From NCBI GenBank assembly GCA_018333535.1, contig JAGXTA010000071.1, forward strand, positions 35,100 through 99,099: a stretch of 64,000 nucleotides of DNA. The letters are read 5' to 3'. Shown here in pieces: positions 9,558-19,137 of the stretch; position 1 is the first letter of the stretch, and the number at the start of each line of letters is the position of its first letter. Both the position numbers and the translations under genes were made by a program. The notes beneath the pieces are model-generated. The model made no database searches. It was not told the origin of the DNA and saw only the letters and a list, made by a program, of their open reading frames with translations. This stretch comes from Deltaproteobacteria bacterium. GTDB lineage: Bacteria; Desulfobacterota; BSN033; UBA1163.

Positions 9558-9812
9558 TTGGGCAAAGGCGAGGAGGCAGGCCATACCGTTCCTGATGATT
9601 ATTACGAAAGTTTTATAAGAGCGGGGGAATTAAAAATCATTTCATTAGACCTTGCGCAGAAACTTGCACCCTCATCAGGTCTCAGAAACAGACTGGTCCA
9701 TGAATATGATCGCCTTGACCATTCAATGGTGCTCAAGGCTGTGAATATGGCCGAAGAACTATTTCCACAATATATCAAAGCGATTAATGACTACCTTTCA
9801 AAGGAAATGTGA
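9558..9812 (+). pseudogene. orphan or truncated HepT-like HEPN fragment
   Basis: The RNRLVHEY motif is present, but only 84 aa remain and no MNT partner is present. An interspersed 24-mer repeat copy lies immediately upstream at 9516-9545, suggesting an N-terminal truncation. Confidence 0.45.
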
Positions 9813-9839
9813 TCTTAAAAGTCATTTGTTAATCGGTGA

Positions 9840-9960
9840 GGATGCTCGTATCGTTTATGGACAATGAACTTTGAACGATAAACGATGAACAATGATTAAT
9901 TATTTTTGTTCATTGTTCGTTGTCCATCGTTCATTGTACGTCACGGGCCTCGTAACCGTA
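9840..9960. repeat. MITE-like palindromic element (AACGATGAACAATGA...TCATTGTTCGTT core, ending ACGGGCCTCGTAACCGTAACC)
   Basis: It contains a long internal inverted repeat. Its terminal motif is shared with the elements at 30361-30460, 34270-34500, 50390-50510 and 51720-51860. Confidence 0.6.
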
Positions 9961-9973
9961 ACCTTTAAAAACA

Positions 9974-10942
9974 ATGGACCTCTCAATCATCATCCCGATG
10001 TTTAATGAAGCCGAAAATGCGGAGCATACTCTTGCCCGGGTTGAGGAATCGCTGGCTTCTTTCCAGGGAGATTACGAAATCATTGCGGTCAATGATGGTA
10101 GCACTGACAATACTCTTGAGGTTTTGCAGGGGATTGCCAGCCTGAATAAAAGAATAAAGGCTGTTTCCTATTTGAAGAATATTGGCAGGGGGATGGCATT
10201 AAGGAGAGGATTTCAGGAATCAGACGGGAAACTTGTTGTATCAATCGATGCCGACCTCAGTTACGATCCCCATTATATATTGGAGATTATCAAAGCACTT
10301 GAAGTTGATCCGGATCTGGATTTTGTCCTTGCGTCTCCCTATATGCCAGGAGGAGGGGTTAAAAATGTTCCATTTCATCGATTATGGATCAGCAGATTAG
10401 GAAACAAAATCCTTCGATTAGCCATGCCAAACCGGATCTATACCTCTACGGGGATATTCCGAGCTTACCGAAGGAACGTCCTCGATTCCCTCGAACTGGA
10501 GTCGGATGGGAAGGAGATTCATCTTGAAATTCTGTCAAAAGCGATTGCACTCGGGTTCAGGGTGAAAGAGGTTCCTGCTCTTTTGACTGGCAGAAAAAAG
10601 GGGAGGTCAAAATTTAAATTCAGAAAGACAGCTCTCTCCCACCTTATCTTTTCTGCCTTTGAAAAACCGATGATGATATTCGGTTTGATTGGCTTTTTGA
10701 CTCTTGGAATAGGTCTGCTTATCGGAGCCTATGTTGTCTACTTAAGATTTTCAGGAGACTTAACCCCAGGACGACCTTTAATTACCTTTTCTATTTTACT
10801 TATTCTGGGCGGGATTCAAATACTATCCTTCGGATTTATTGCTCTTCAAATCGTTTCTATTCGAAAAGAGATCCTCCGTGTCCAAAAAGAGAATCTCGAT
10901 TTAAGAAAAGAGATTTCATCGTCACAGGTAAAGAGGGAATAA
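9974..10942 (+). CDS. GT2 polyprenyl-phosphate glycosyltransferase (Dpm1/ArnC/GtrB-like) with two C-terminal TM helices
   Basis: It has IIIPMFNE, AVNDGSTDNT and DADLS (DXD) motifs plus a C-terminal membrane anchor. It would provide the lipid-P-sugar donor used by GT-C enzymes. Confidence 0.8.
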   Translation: MDLSIIIPMFNEAENAEHTLARVEESLASFQGDYEIIAVNDGSTDNTLEVLQGIASLNKRIKAVSYLKNIGRGMALRRGFQESDGKLVVSIDADLSYDPHYILEIIKALEVDPDLDFVLASPYMPGGGVKNVPFHRLWISRLGNKILRLAMPNRIYTSTGIFRAYRRNVLDSLELESDGKEIHLEILSKAIALGFRVKEVPALLTGRKKGRSKFKFRKTALSHLIFSAFEKPMMIFGLIGFLTLGIGLLIGAYVVYLRFSGDLTPGRPLITFSILLILGGIQILSFGFIALQIVSIRKEILRVQKENLDLRKEISSSQVKRE

Positions 10943-10969
10943 GGGGAACAGGACTGTAGCACATAAACA

Positions 10970-11953
10970 TTGTGCCCAGAAGGGGATGTCACGGAAATGT
11001 GGAATCATACCATGGCGGAAGCTGAATGTATCTTCTGTAACAAAAAGAGCTCACAGATTGTTATTGAAGAGGAGGGTTACCAATGCAGAAAATGCCCGAG
11101 CTGCGATCTAATCTATATTTCTAATAGGCCTTCATTGGAAGAAATTGAGAAACTCTATAATAATAACGTTCGAGCAAATCGATCAGCTGATGCAAGCATC
11201 TCGGGGTTTTTTACCCGAAGGCTCCATGCCAGACATCATCTCAGAATTATTAAGAAATTTATAAAAAATGGTTCTCTGCTTGAGATTGGACCCGCAGAGG
11301 GAGCATTTCTATATGAAGCGAGAAAAGAAGGGTTTGAAGTAGAGGGAATCGAATTGAACACTATCCAGGCCAATTTCATAAAAAATAGGTTGGGTATATC
11401 TTGTGAAGAATCTCCTTTGAACGCCTTTTCCTTTGACGGTAAGAAATTTGATATCATATACCATCGTGACGTCATCAGTCACTTTTACGACCCGATTGCG
11501 GAATTTCAGAAGATGAATGATAGATTGAAAGACAACGGTTTTCTAATATTTGAAACGGGCAATTTGGGCAATGTGGAACTAAAGTACTTTAAGTTATTCA
11601 CCAACTTCCAGTTACCGGATCATTTGTTCTTTTTTAGTGATAAAAATTTGAAAGAGTTATTCCGACGGACAGGTTTCGAATTTGTGAAGGTATATAGATA
11701 CTCAAAGGTTCCGCTTTTGTGGATCATGAGGGGTTTAAAAACGAAGACAGACCAGTTTACTGTTCGAGAGGGGAAAAAGCACTTGCTCGACCCGAACCTA
11801 TCCTTTGAGAAAATAAATATGTTTACCTTCCAATATTTGTTGAGAAACGCCTTTAATTATTTTTCATATCTGATTCTCTATAAAATAGGATATGTGATAC
11901 CCAAGAAAGGACGACCACAATCCCTTTTTGTTATTGCTCAGAAAAAAAAGTAA
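10970..11953 (+). CDS. Zn-ribbon plus class I SAM methyltransferase fusion
   Basis: The N-terminus has CIFCN...CRKCPSC (a 4-Cys ribbon), followed by LLEIGPAEGAF and a downstream MTase fold. The start is uncertain: 10970, 10997 or 11012. Confidence 0.7.
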   Translation: MCPEGDVTEMWNHTMAEAECIFCNKKSSQIVIEEEGYQCRKCPSCDLIYISNRPSLEEIEKLYNNNVRANRSADASISGFFTRRLHARHHLRIIKKFIKNGSLLEIGPAEGAFLYEARKEGFEVEGIELNTIQANFIKNRLGISCEESPLNAFSFDGKKFDIIYHRDVISHFYDPIAEFQKMNDRLKDNGFLIFETGNLGNVELKYFKLFTNFQLPDHLFFFSDKNLKELFRRTGFEFVKVYRYSKVPLLWIMRGLKTKTDQFTVREGKKHLLDPNLSFEKINMFTFQYLLRNAFNYFSYLILYKIGYVIPKKGRPQSLFVIAQKKK

Positions 11954-12006
11954 TCCATCGCTGATTGGTTTAGAAAGGATACCGACATCTAAAAGCAACG
12001 AGCCGA

Positions 12007-13197
12007 ATGGAAATCATGAAGAAGAATTCAATTCTATTCCTTACAAATACTTATCCTGATTTTGAATCTTCGTATCGGGGTATTTTTATAAAAAAGATGG
12101 CAATTTTATTAAAGGACGAAGGATATGACATCTCTGTTGTTACTCCAAAGATTTATGGAAGAAGTCATTATTTTGAAGAGCAGAATAGGATAAAAGTTTA
12201 TCGGTTTTCCTTCTTTGCCAGAGATAAACTCTTGATCGAACATAAAAAGATTCCTTATTTGAGAATGATTCTGTATTACATCACCGGGTTCTTTCTTACC
12301 ATTTATGCCATGTTCAAAAACAGATGTAATTTGATACATGTTCACTGGGCCATTCCAACCGGATTGATTGGAGTTCTGGTTGGGTCGCTGTTGAAAAAAC
12401 CTGTAATTGTGACAATTCACGGGTCTGACTTTAGAATGGCCATGGCAACCTCCGGGTTTCTCAAAAAAGTTTTTGTCTACATATGCAATAAGGCATCCCA
12501 TCTCAACTGCGTCTCTGAAGTTCAAAAGAATGAGCTTGAACAACTGGGGATTTCAAATAAAAAAATAACGATCCTTCCCATGGGGGTCGATGGTACCTTT
12601 TTGGAGAAAGGAAAGTATAGAAAAATTGAATCAAATTACCGACCGTTCACAATTCTTAGCAATCGAAACCTTCTCCCAATCTATAATGTCTCTTTGCTCA
12701 TTCGAGCAATTCCAATGGTTCTGAAAGAAGAACCCGACACAAAATTCCTCATCGCTGGAGAAGGTTCTGAGAAAGAAGTTTTAGAAAGAGAGGCAAAAGA
12801 CTTAAATATCCATTCCCATATAAAGTTCTTAGGGCGAGTTCCACATGAGGAGATGCCTAATCTTTTAGCCAGGGCAAATATTTATGTCTCCACTTCACTA
12901 CACGATGGGACTTCAGTCTCTTTACTCGAGGCTATGGCCGCAGGCGCCTTCCCTATTGTTACCGATATCACTTCTAACAGAGAATGGATCAAGGATGGGG
13001 GAAATGGATTTTTAGTCCCTGTTAACGATGAGCAGTATCTCGCCAATAAAATTATTGACGCTATTCGAGATAAAGGATTGTTAGAGAAAGCCCGTAAGGA
13101 GAATCAATCTATATCGGAAGAAAAAACTCTATGGCCCGTATGCATAAAAAAAATAAAGAAGATTTATGAAGATCAAAAGGTGGGGTCTGAAATATAG
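12007..13197 (+). CDS. GT4 (GT-B) glycosyltransferase
   Basis: The C-terminal domain has the EX7E-type motif (EGSEKEV...SLLEAMAAGAFPIVTD). Confidence 0.8.
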   Translation: MEIMKKNSILFLTNTYPDFESSYRGIFIKKMAILLKDEGYDISVVTPKIYGRSHYFEEQNRIKVYRFSFFARDKLLIEHKKIPYLRMILYYITGFFLTIYAMFKNRCNLIHVHWAIPTGLIGVLVGSLLKKPVIVTIHGSDFRMAMATSGFLKKVFVYICNKASHLNCVSEVQKNELEQLGISNKKITILPMGVDGTFLEKGKYRKIESNYRPFTILSNRNLLPIYNVSLLIRAIPMVLKEEPDTKFLIAGEGSEKEVLEREAKDLNIHSHIKFLGRVPHEEMPNLLARANIYVSTSLHDGTSVSLLEAMAAGAFPIVTDITSNREWIKDGGNGFLVPVNDEQYLANKIIDAIRDKGLLEKARKENQSISEEKTLWPVCIKKIKKIYEDQKVGSEI

Positions 13198-13337
13198 CCT
13201 CAGTTTCCTAATAAGGAACCCAGGAAAGCAGGAAAAAAGAAAAGATTTTATGAACCTTCCTGGTTTCCTGGCTTCTTAATAATGGATTCCTAATCTCCTG
13301 GATTCCTGGCTTCCTTATTTCCTTATAATGATGACTA

Positions 13338-14441
13338 ATGCGAATCCTTTACATCACGCTTGAAGATTTGTCACTACATAAAGGGTCGGTCACCCATGTC
13401 AAAGAAATTGTTGATGGCCTGCGACATCGAGGCCATCAGGTCGGGTTGATCGGACGTCCATGGAATTCTATTGCTTTCTCATCTTTATTTCTCTTGATTT
13501 CCCTTTTCGGAAAACTCCCACAATATGATGTTATTTATGCCAGGGATTATCATACCGCGATTATTGCTCTCTTGCCACGACTCCTCTTCCATAAAAAATT
13601 AATTTACGAGATTAATGGATTAGCCAGTGAAGAACAGAAATTGAAGAGCCAATCTGTATTCAATCAAGTAATCTCTTTTTTTATCCGGAAGGCAGAAAAC
13701 ATGGCAACCCAATTCTCTGATCAGATCATTTGCGTAACCCCTCAAATAGCAAACTACCTCGTTCAACATTTTCATTGTCAGCCGGATAAGGTGAAGGTCA
13801 TCAGCAATGGGGTAAATACGAAAAAGTTTTTTCCGATCACTGATAAACACCTGCTTAAACAATTTAGGGATAGATTGAACATCGGAGAAGGGGAGATTTT
13901 AATTGTATTCATCGGGAACTTGGCCCCATGGCAAGGAATCGAATATCTCATACGGGTTGCCCCTTTGCTCCTCAAGGAGAAAAAAAATGTAAGATTTTTA
14001 ATTGTTGGCGAGGGAATATGGAAAGATAAACTTGAGATGAGTGTAAAAAAAATAGGATTATCTGATCACTTTACCTTTACAGGGATGGTCGATCATGAGC
14101 AGATTCCACTCTACATCAATATTGCTGACATCTGTGTCCTGCCAAAGCGAAAACTGAAATCTGGTTATTCTCCAATAAAGCTTTATGAATATATGGCATG
14201 TGGGAAACCCATTGTTTCTTCGCAAGCAGAAGGTCTAGAATTTATTGAAGAAGAGGGAATAGGGCGAGTCATCGATCCAGAAGATACAGCCTGCTTTAAG
14301 GACGCATTGGAAGATCTCATTGAAGATCAGAAGAAAAGAGACGCAATGAGTGAAAGGGCTCTTTTTACTGCGCGCGATAGGTTCGATTGGGAGATAAAGG
14401 TCATCGAGATTGAAAAAATTTTGAAAGATTTATTGGCATAA
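13338..14441 (+). CDS. GT4 (GT-B) glycosyltransferase
   Basis: It starts MRILYIT and has the C-terminal motifs GEGIWKDKL...EYMACGKPIVSS. Confidence 0.8.
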   Translation: MRILYITLEDLSLHKGSVTHVKEIVDGLRHRGHQVGLIGRPWNSIAFSSLFLLISLFGKLPQYDVIYARDYHTAIIALLPRLLFHKKLIYEINGLASEEQKLKSQSVFNQVISFFIRKAENMATQFSDQIICVTPQIANYLVQHFHCQPDKVKVISNGVNTKKFFPITDKHLLKQFRDRLNIGEGEILIVFIGNLAPWQGIEYLIRVAPLLLKEKKNVRFLIVGEGIWKDKLEMSVKKIGLSDHFTFTGMVDHEQIPLYINIADICVLPKRKLKSGYSPIKLYEYMACGKPIVSSQAEGLEFIEEEGIGRVIDPEDTACFKDALEDLIEDQKKRDAMSERALFTARDRFDWEIKVIEIEKILKDLLA

Positions 14442-14595
14442 AGTTTGCTATTTATGGAATTTATGAATCAAATAATAAACTTTCTAAGAGCGTTATTTAG
14501 AATCAATATCAAACAAATTCGATAAGTTAGGAGGCAATTTTTTTTAGACGAACTGTTCATGGGATGAACAATTTCGGGCGTCAAATGGGCAGGAT

Positions 14596-15222
14596 TTGAC
14601 CATTATGGGAAACCTTGAACTTTTTAAGCCTCCGCAAGAGATTAGAGAGTTAAATCTACTCCAGGAATTGGAGAAGAATCCGGTCATTTCGCAACGTGAA
14701 TTGTCCCATAAGTTTGGTATTGCCCTCGGTGTAACGAATGCCTGTTTAAAAAGGATGGCCCGGAGGGGTTGGATACGAATCATGAACCTGAATCATCACA
14801 AGATCGGATATTACCTGACCCCAAAAGGCTTTGCCGAGAAAGCCAACCTCACCCTTGCTCTCATCTCCTGGACCGTTCAACATTACTCCACATTGAAAGA
14901 GATCATCGGTAGAAAGCTCTTAGAGATGGAGAATTCTGGAGCGAAACGCATCGTATTTTATGGCATCAGCGATGAGATGGAAATCGCTTACGTGACCCTC
15001 CAGGGGGTCAATCTGAAACTGATAGGCATTGTCGAAGATCAGGAAAAAATAAATCGGTGGGAGATATTAGGTTTTGAGGTGAAGGACCTTCGTCAGATTG
15101 AAGCTTTAAGACCCGACGCCATCTTAATTACTTCCCTGACAGGCATGGATGAGAGGAAAGAACGGTTGAAGCAGATGGCCGATGTTACCAGGGGACGCAT
15201 ATGGGACATTTCAAATCCTTAA
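14596..15222 (+). CDS. winged-helix DNA-binding regulator with a C-terminal Rossmann-like domain
   Basis: The N-terminus has a wHTH (ISQRELSHKFGIALGVTNACLKRMARRGWI) and the C-terminus has an alpha/beta domain (RIVFYGISDE...LIGIVED). The family is not resolved. Confidence 0.45.
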   Translation: MTIMGNLELFKPPQEIRELNLLQELEKNPVISQRELSHKFGIALGVTNACLKRMARRGWIRIMNLNHHKIGYYLTPKGFAEKANLTLALISWTVQHYSTLKEIIGRKLLEMENSGAKRIVFYGISDEMEIAYVTLQGVNLKLIGIVEDQEKINRWEILGFEVKDLRQIEALRPDAILITSLTGMDERKERLKQMADVTRGRIWDISNP

Positions 15223-15246
15223 GGAAAGGTAGGAATTGAGGCGACT

Positions 15247-16248
15247 ATGGAGATAAGGGGAAGCCGAGTTTTAGTCATCGGTGGCGCAGGATTTATTGGT
15301 TCTCATGTTGTGGATGAATTAAGAAAAGAGGATGTGGGGGAAATTCTCATTTATGACAATTTCTGCCGGGGGACCCTGAGTAATTTAGAAGAGGCCCAAA
15401 ATGACCCCCGGGTAAGAATCTATGAAGTCGGAGGAGACATCTGTCAGACAGACCTATTGGACTCTGCTATGAAAGGGGTTGATTATGTCATCCACCTCGC
15501 AGCCTTATGGTTGCTTCAATGCTATGAATATCCCCGGGCTGCTTTTGACGTCAATATTAGAGGGACGTTTAATGTGCTTGAGGCTTGTGTGAATAATAAA
15601 ATTAAAAAATTGATCTATTCCTCTTCTGCATCGGTTTACGGAGATGCTGTCGAAATCCCCATGACGGAGAATCACCCATTTAATAATAAAACCTTTTACG
15701 GAGCCACCAAGATTGCCGGAGAGCAGATGTGTCGGGCCTTCTATCACCGCTACGGTCTTAATTATATCGGATTGAGGTATATGAATGTTTATGGCGCCAG
15801 ACAAGATTATCGAGGGGCCTATATCGCTGTCATCATGAAGATTCTGGACAGACTCGATCAGGGGTTGCCACCCATTGTCTACGGAGATGGATCTCAGGCT
15901 TATGATTTCATCTATGTATCCGATTGTGCGAAGGCGAACCTATGTGCCTTGAAAGCGGATATAGTGGATAACTTCTACAATGTCGGTCGGGGCATCCAGA
16001 CGACCATTAAAGAGCTCACAGAGGTGATTGTAGAGATTATTCAATCAGATCTTAAGATTCAGTATGAACCAGAAGGGACGACATTTGTTAAAAACCGAGT
16101 GGGTTGTCCAAAGAAAGCGGAGACCGAGATTGGTTTTAAAGCTAACTTAGAGCTAAAGGAAGGATTAGAAAAATTGATTGAATGGCGAAAAAACCATAAA
16201 GAAGAAGTAATGAGCCGGCGACTTCAAGCCAGGATCCACGATGATTAG
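15247..16248 (+). CDS. NAD-dependent nucleotide-sugar epimerase/dehydratase (extended SDR; GalE/WbpP-like)
   Basis: It has VLVIGGAGFIGSH, the catalytic SSS/YGATK pair and is 333 aa. Confidence 0.8.
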   Translation: MEIRGSRVLVIGGAGFIGSHVVDELRKEDVGEILIYDNFCRGTLSNLEEAQNDPRVRIYEVGGDICQTDLLDSAMKGVDYVIHLAALWLLQCYEYPRAAFDVNIRGTFNVLEACVNNKIKKLIYSSSASVYGDAVEIPMTENHPFNNKTFYGATKIAGEQMCRAFYHRYGLNYIGLRYMNVYGARQDYRGAYIAVIMKILDRLDQGLPPIVYGDGSQAYDFIYVSDCAKANLCALKADIVDNFYNVGRGIQTTIKELTEVIVEIIQSDLKIQYEPEGTTFVKNRVGCPKKAETEIGFKANLELKEGLEKLIEWRKNHKEEVMSRRLQARIHDD

Positions 16249-16337
16249 CAGTACCTTTAGGTATCGATTTAAAAACAATGGGGGAGGAGATTTTTACCAA
16301 AGGATTGGATAGATTCTGACGGGGAGAAAGATAGTCT

Positions 16338-18218
16338 ATGTGTGGAATTGTAGGAATTTTCAATCTCAATGGAGAACCTGTTTCCCCTGTCTTGCTCCGG
16401 AAAATGACAGATGCAATTAAACATAGAGGCCCTGATTCAGAGGGATTCTATGTTGACAGTTTTGTTGGATTGGGACATCGCCGGCTTGCGATCATTGACC
16501 TCTCCCGTACTGGTCACCAACCTATGATTACTGAGGACAAGCAATTTGCAATCACCTACAATGGTGAAGTTTATAACTTTCAAGAATTGAGAAAAGAATT
16601 GGAAAACCTTGGATATAAGTTTAGATCTAGAACGGACACTGAGGTAATTCTTAAGGCTTATGTTCAATGGGGGGTCAATTGCGTACAAAAGTTTAATGGA
16701 ATGTTTGCCTTTGCAATATGGGATAAAACAAGGCAGGAGCTTTTCCTTGCTCGTGACCGTTACGGGATTAAGCCACTATACTATACTTTTATAGGGCCGA
16801 CATTGATATTTGCTTCGGAGCAGAAAGCTATTCTTGAACATCCAGATGTCCGCCGAGAGATCGACCTGGAGGCACTGATTGAATACTTTACTTTTCAGAA
16901 TATTTTTACGCAAAAAACCCTTTTGAAAGGGATATGGACCTTTCCCGCTGGGTGCTCTGCCCAGATTCCCCTCGGCAAAGCAATTGACTCCCTTAGGCCG
17001 ATTCGATATTGGGATTTCGATTTTCAAGAACCTGGACATCCGGCCCCCGATCAGGACTATGTGGAAGAACTTGACCGTCTTTTCAAACAGGCGGTCAACC
17101 GTCAACTGGTAAGTGACGTTGAGGTGGGTTCCTACCTCAGTGGTGGCATGGATTCCGGTTCGATCACCGCAACTGCCGCAACCCAATTACCTTATATCAA
17201 AACCTTTACTTGCGGTTTCGATCTCCACTCTGCATCCGGTTTGGAAATGGGATTCGACGAGAGAGAGAAGGCAGAACTGATGTCTTATCTCTTTAAAACG
17301 GAGCATTATGAGATGGTTCTCAAAGCAGGGGATATGGAGCGTGCCCTCCCCAGCCTAGCATGGCATTTAGAGGAGCCCCGGGTGGGGCAGAGCTACCCGA
17401 ACTACTATGTGGCCCAACTTGCCTCCAAGTTTGTTAAAGTGGTGCTTTCTGGCACCGGTGGCGATGAACTCTTCGGTGGTTATCCATGGCGCTATTATCG
17501 AGCCGTAGTGAACGACGATTTTGAACAATATGTCGATAAGTATTATGCCTACTGGCAGCGGCTTATCGACCATAGCGACATTCAAGAGGTTTTTCGTCCT
17601 GTATGGGATGAAGTCAAGAATGTTTCCACTCGAGATATCTTCAGGGATGTATTTCATAAACACACCGATGAATTAACAAGGCCTGAAGACTATATTAACT
17701 ATTCCCTCTATTTAGAGGCGAAGACTTTCCTGCATGGACTTCTCATCGTTGAGGACAAACTTAGCATGGCCCACAGTCTGGAAACAAGAGTTCCGTTTCT
17801 TGACAACGATCTGGTGGACTTTGCGATACAAATTCCTGTCCGGTTGAAATTAAAAAATTTAGGAGAAGTCCTTCGCTTGAATGAAAATGAACCCGCTCTT
17901 AAGACACTCAAATATTTCCAACAAGTTAAAGATGGGAAACTGATCCTTCGCAAGGTGATGCAGCGATACGTTCCATCTGAGATCACCGATGGTGAAAAAC
18001 AAGGATTTTCTGCCCCGGATGCTAGCTGGTTCAAAGGGGAGAGCATGGAATACGTGAACCGCAAGGTCCTTGACAAACGAGCGAGGCTGTACAAATACCT
18101 GGACCAGAAAGCAGTCCATAGACTGGTGAATGAGCACCTCGAGGGTAAACAAAACAGGCGTCTCTTCATATGGTCCTTGCTCAATTTTGAGAAATGGTGT
18201 GAGGTATTTTTAGAATAA
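16338..18218 (+). CDS. asnB: asparagine synthase (glutamine-hydrolysing) family amidotransferase
   Basis: It has the N-terminal Ntn nucleophile (MCGIVGIF), an SGGMDS PP-loop and is 626 aa. Confidence 0.85.
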   Translation: MCGIVGIFNLNGEPVSPVLLRKMTDAIKHRGPDSEGFYVDSFVGLGHRRLAIIDLSRTGHQPMITEDKQFAITYNGEVYNFQELRKELENLGYKFRSRTDTEVILKAYVQWGVNCVQKFNGMFAFAIWDKTRQELFLARDRYGIKPLYYTFIGPTLIFASEQKAILEHPDVRREIDLEALIEYFTFQNIFTQKTLLKGIWTFPAGCSAQIPLGKAIDSLRPIRYWDFDFQEPGHPAPDQDYVEELDRLFKQAVNRQLVSDVEVGSYLSGGMDSGSITATAATQLPYIKTFTCGFDLHSASGLEMGFDEREKAELMSYLFKTEHYEMVLKAGDMERALPSLAWHLEEPRVGQSYPNYYVAQLASKFVKVVLSGTGGDELFGGYPWRYYRAVVNDDFEQYVDKYYAYWQRLIDHSDIQEVFRPVWDEVKNVSTRDIFRDVFHKHTDELTRPEDYINYSLYLEAKTFLHGLLIVEDKLSMAHSLETRVPFLDNDLVDFAIQIPVRLKLKNLGEVLRLNENEPALKTLKYFQQVKDGKLILRKVMQRYVPSEITDGEKQGFSAPDASWFKGESMEYVNRKVLDKRARLYKYLDQKAVHRLVNEHLEGKQNRRLFIWSLLNFEKWCEVFLE

Positions 18219-18258
18219 TCAAGAGCTAAGGCTAAAACGAACCAAAGCGATATCACCA

Positions 18259-19137
18259 ATGAGGGTTTTGGTGTGGAGGACATCATTGCAATATCGATGT
18301 GTTTCATGCAGTAGATCCATTGACGTGCCAACAACGGGGTCAGGAATCATAACTTGTCGCTCCTGCAATTCCCGCTATAACTATGCACCCAATTATCTAA
18401 GCTACGATTTCGATACGTTGCTATTTAAAGAATTTCGAAGACAGTATCTTCTAAATAAGGTCCTAAATAATAATGCGTACCTAAGCTACCTTTTTCTCAA
18501 GGAAGGTTCCGTTTCATTACCAGAAAGACAGGATGTCATCCATTTTAGGAGATTTATTTTGTCTCACATTAATTCTGGAAGATTGTTAGATGTGGGTTGC
18601 GGATTATTGGAAATTCCAGGATACCTAGATTTTGAAGATAAGAGCAAATTTGAATTTTTTGGAATTGATCCTATAGAGGATCGATCTTTTAGAGGCATAA
18701 GGATTGTCGGTTGTAGTGAATTTATGCCTTTTGAAGGCAAACAGTTTGATGCTTTGATATTCGCTACTAGCCTGGACCATGTATGTTCTTTAGAATATAC
18801 GATAAGAGAATCTTACAGAATTTTGGTGGAGGGTGGCAAGGTGATAATATGGATGAGTGATCATCGTCACTCCTTTCGTAGCAAGGGTCGTTCTTGGTTG
18901 CGATCGAAAATAATGAACCTAAGAGAAGGTTACAGGGCGGATAAATTTGTTACTTATCCGAACTGGATTGTATTGTATCGACCTCATGGTGCGGTCGATC
19001 CATTCCACGCCTTCCTGGAAACTCCCCAAGATGTAATTTCTTTAATGAGAAATAAATTTAGGCTCATGGACAGTGTTTACAATAATAAGGATGAAGTATT
19101 TCTTTGTTTTTCAAAAATGAGGTCGAATGGAAATTAA
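18259..19137 (+). CDS. Zn-ribbon plus class I SAM methyltransferase
   Basis: It has the ribbon CVSCS...CRSCNS, then LLDVGCGLLE and VEGGKVIIWM. Confidence 0.65.
   Translation: MRVLVWRTSLQYRCVSCSRSIDVPTTGSGIITCRSCNSRYNYAPNYLSYDFDTLLFKEFRRQYLLNKVLNNNAYLSYLFLKEGSVSLPERQDVIHFRRFILSHINSGRLLDVGCGLLEIPGYLDFEDKSKFEFFGIDPIEDRSFRGIRIVGCSEFMPFEGKQFDALIFATSLDHVCSLEYTIRESYRILVEGGKVIIWMSDHRHSFRSKGRSWLRSKIMNLREGYRADKFVTYPNWIVLYRPHGAVDPFHAFLETPQDVISLMRNKFRLMDSVYNNKDEVFLCFSKMRSNGN

Noticed and set aside
14596-15222. Rex (redox-sensing repressor) identity for the wHTH regulator
   Set aside because: It has no GxGxxG NADH-binding motif in the C-terminal domain. Only the generic wHTH plus Rossmann-like layout is similar.
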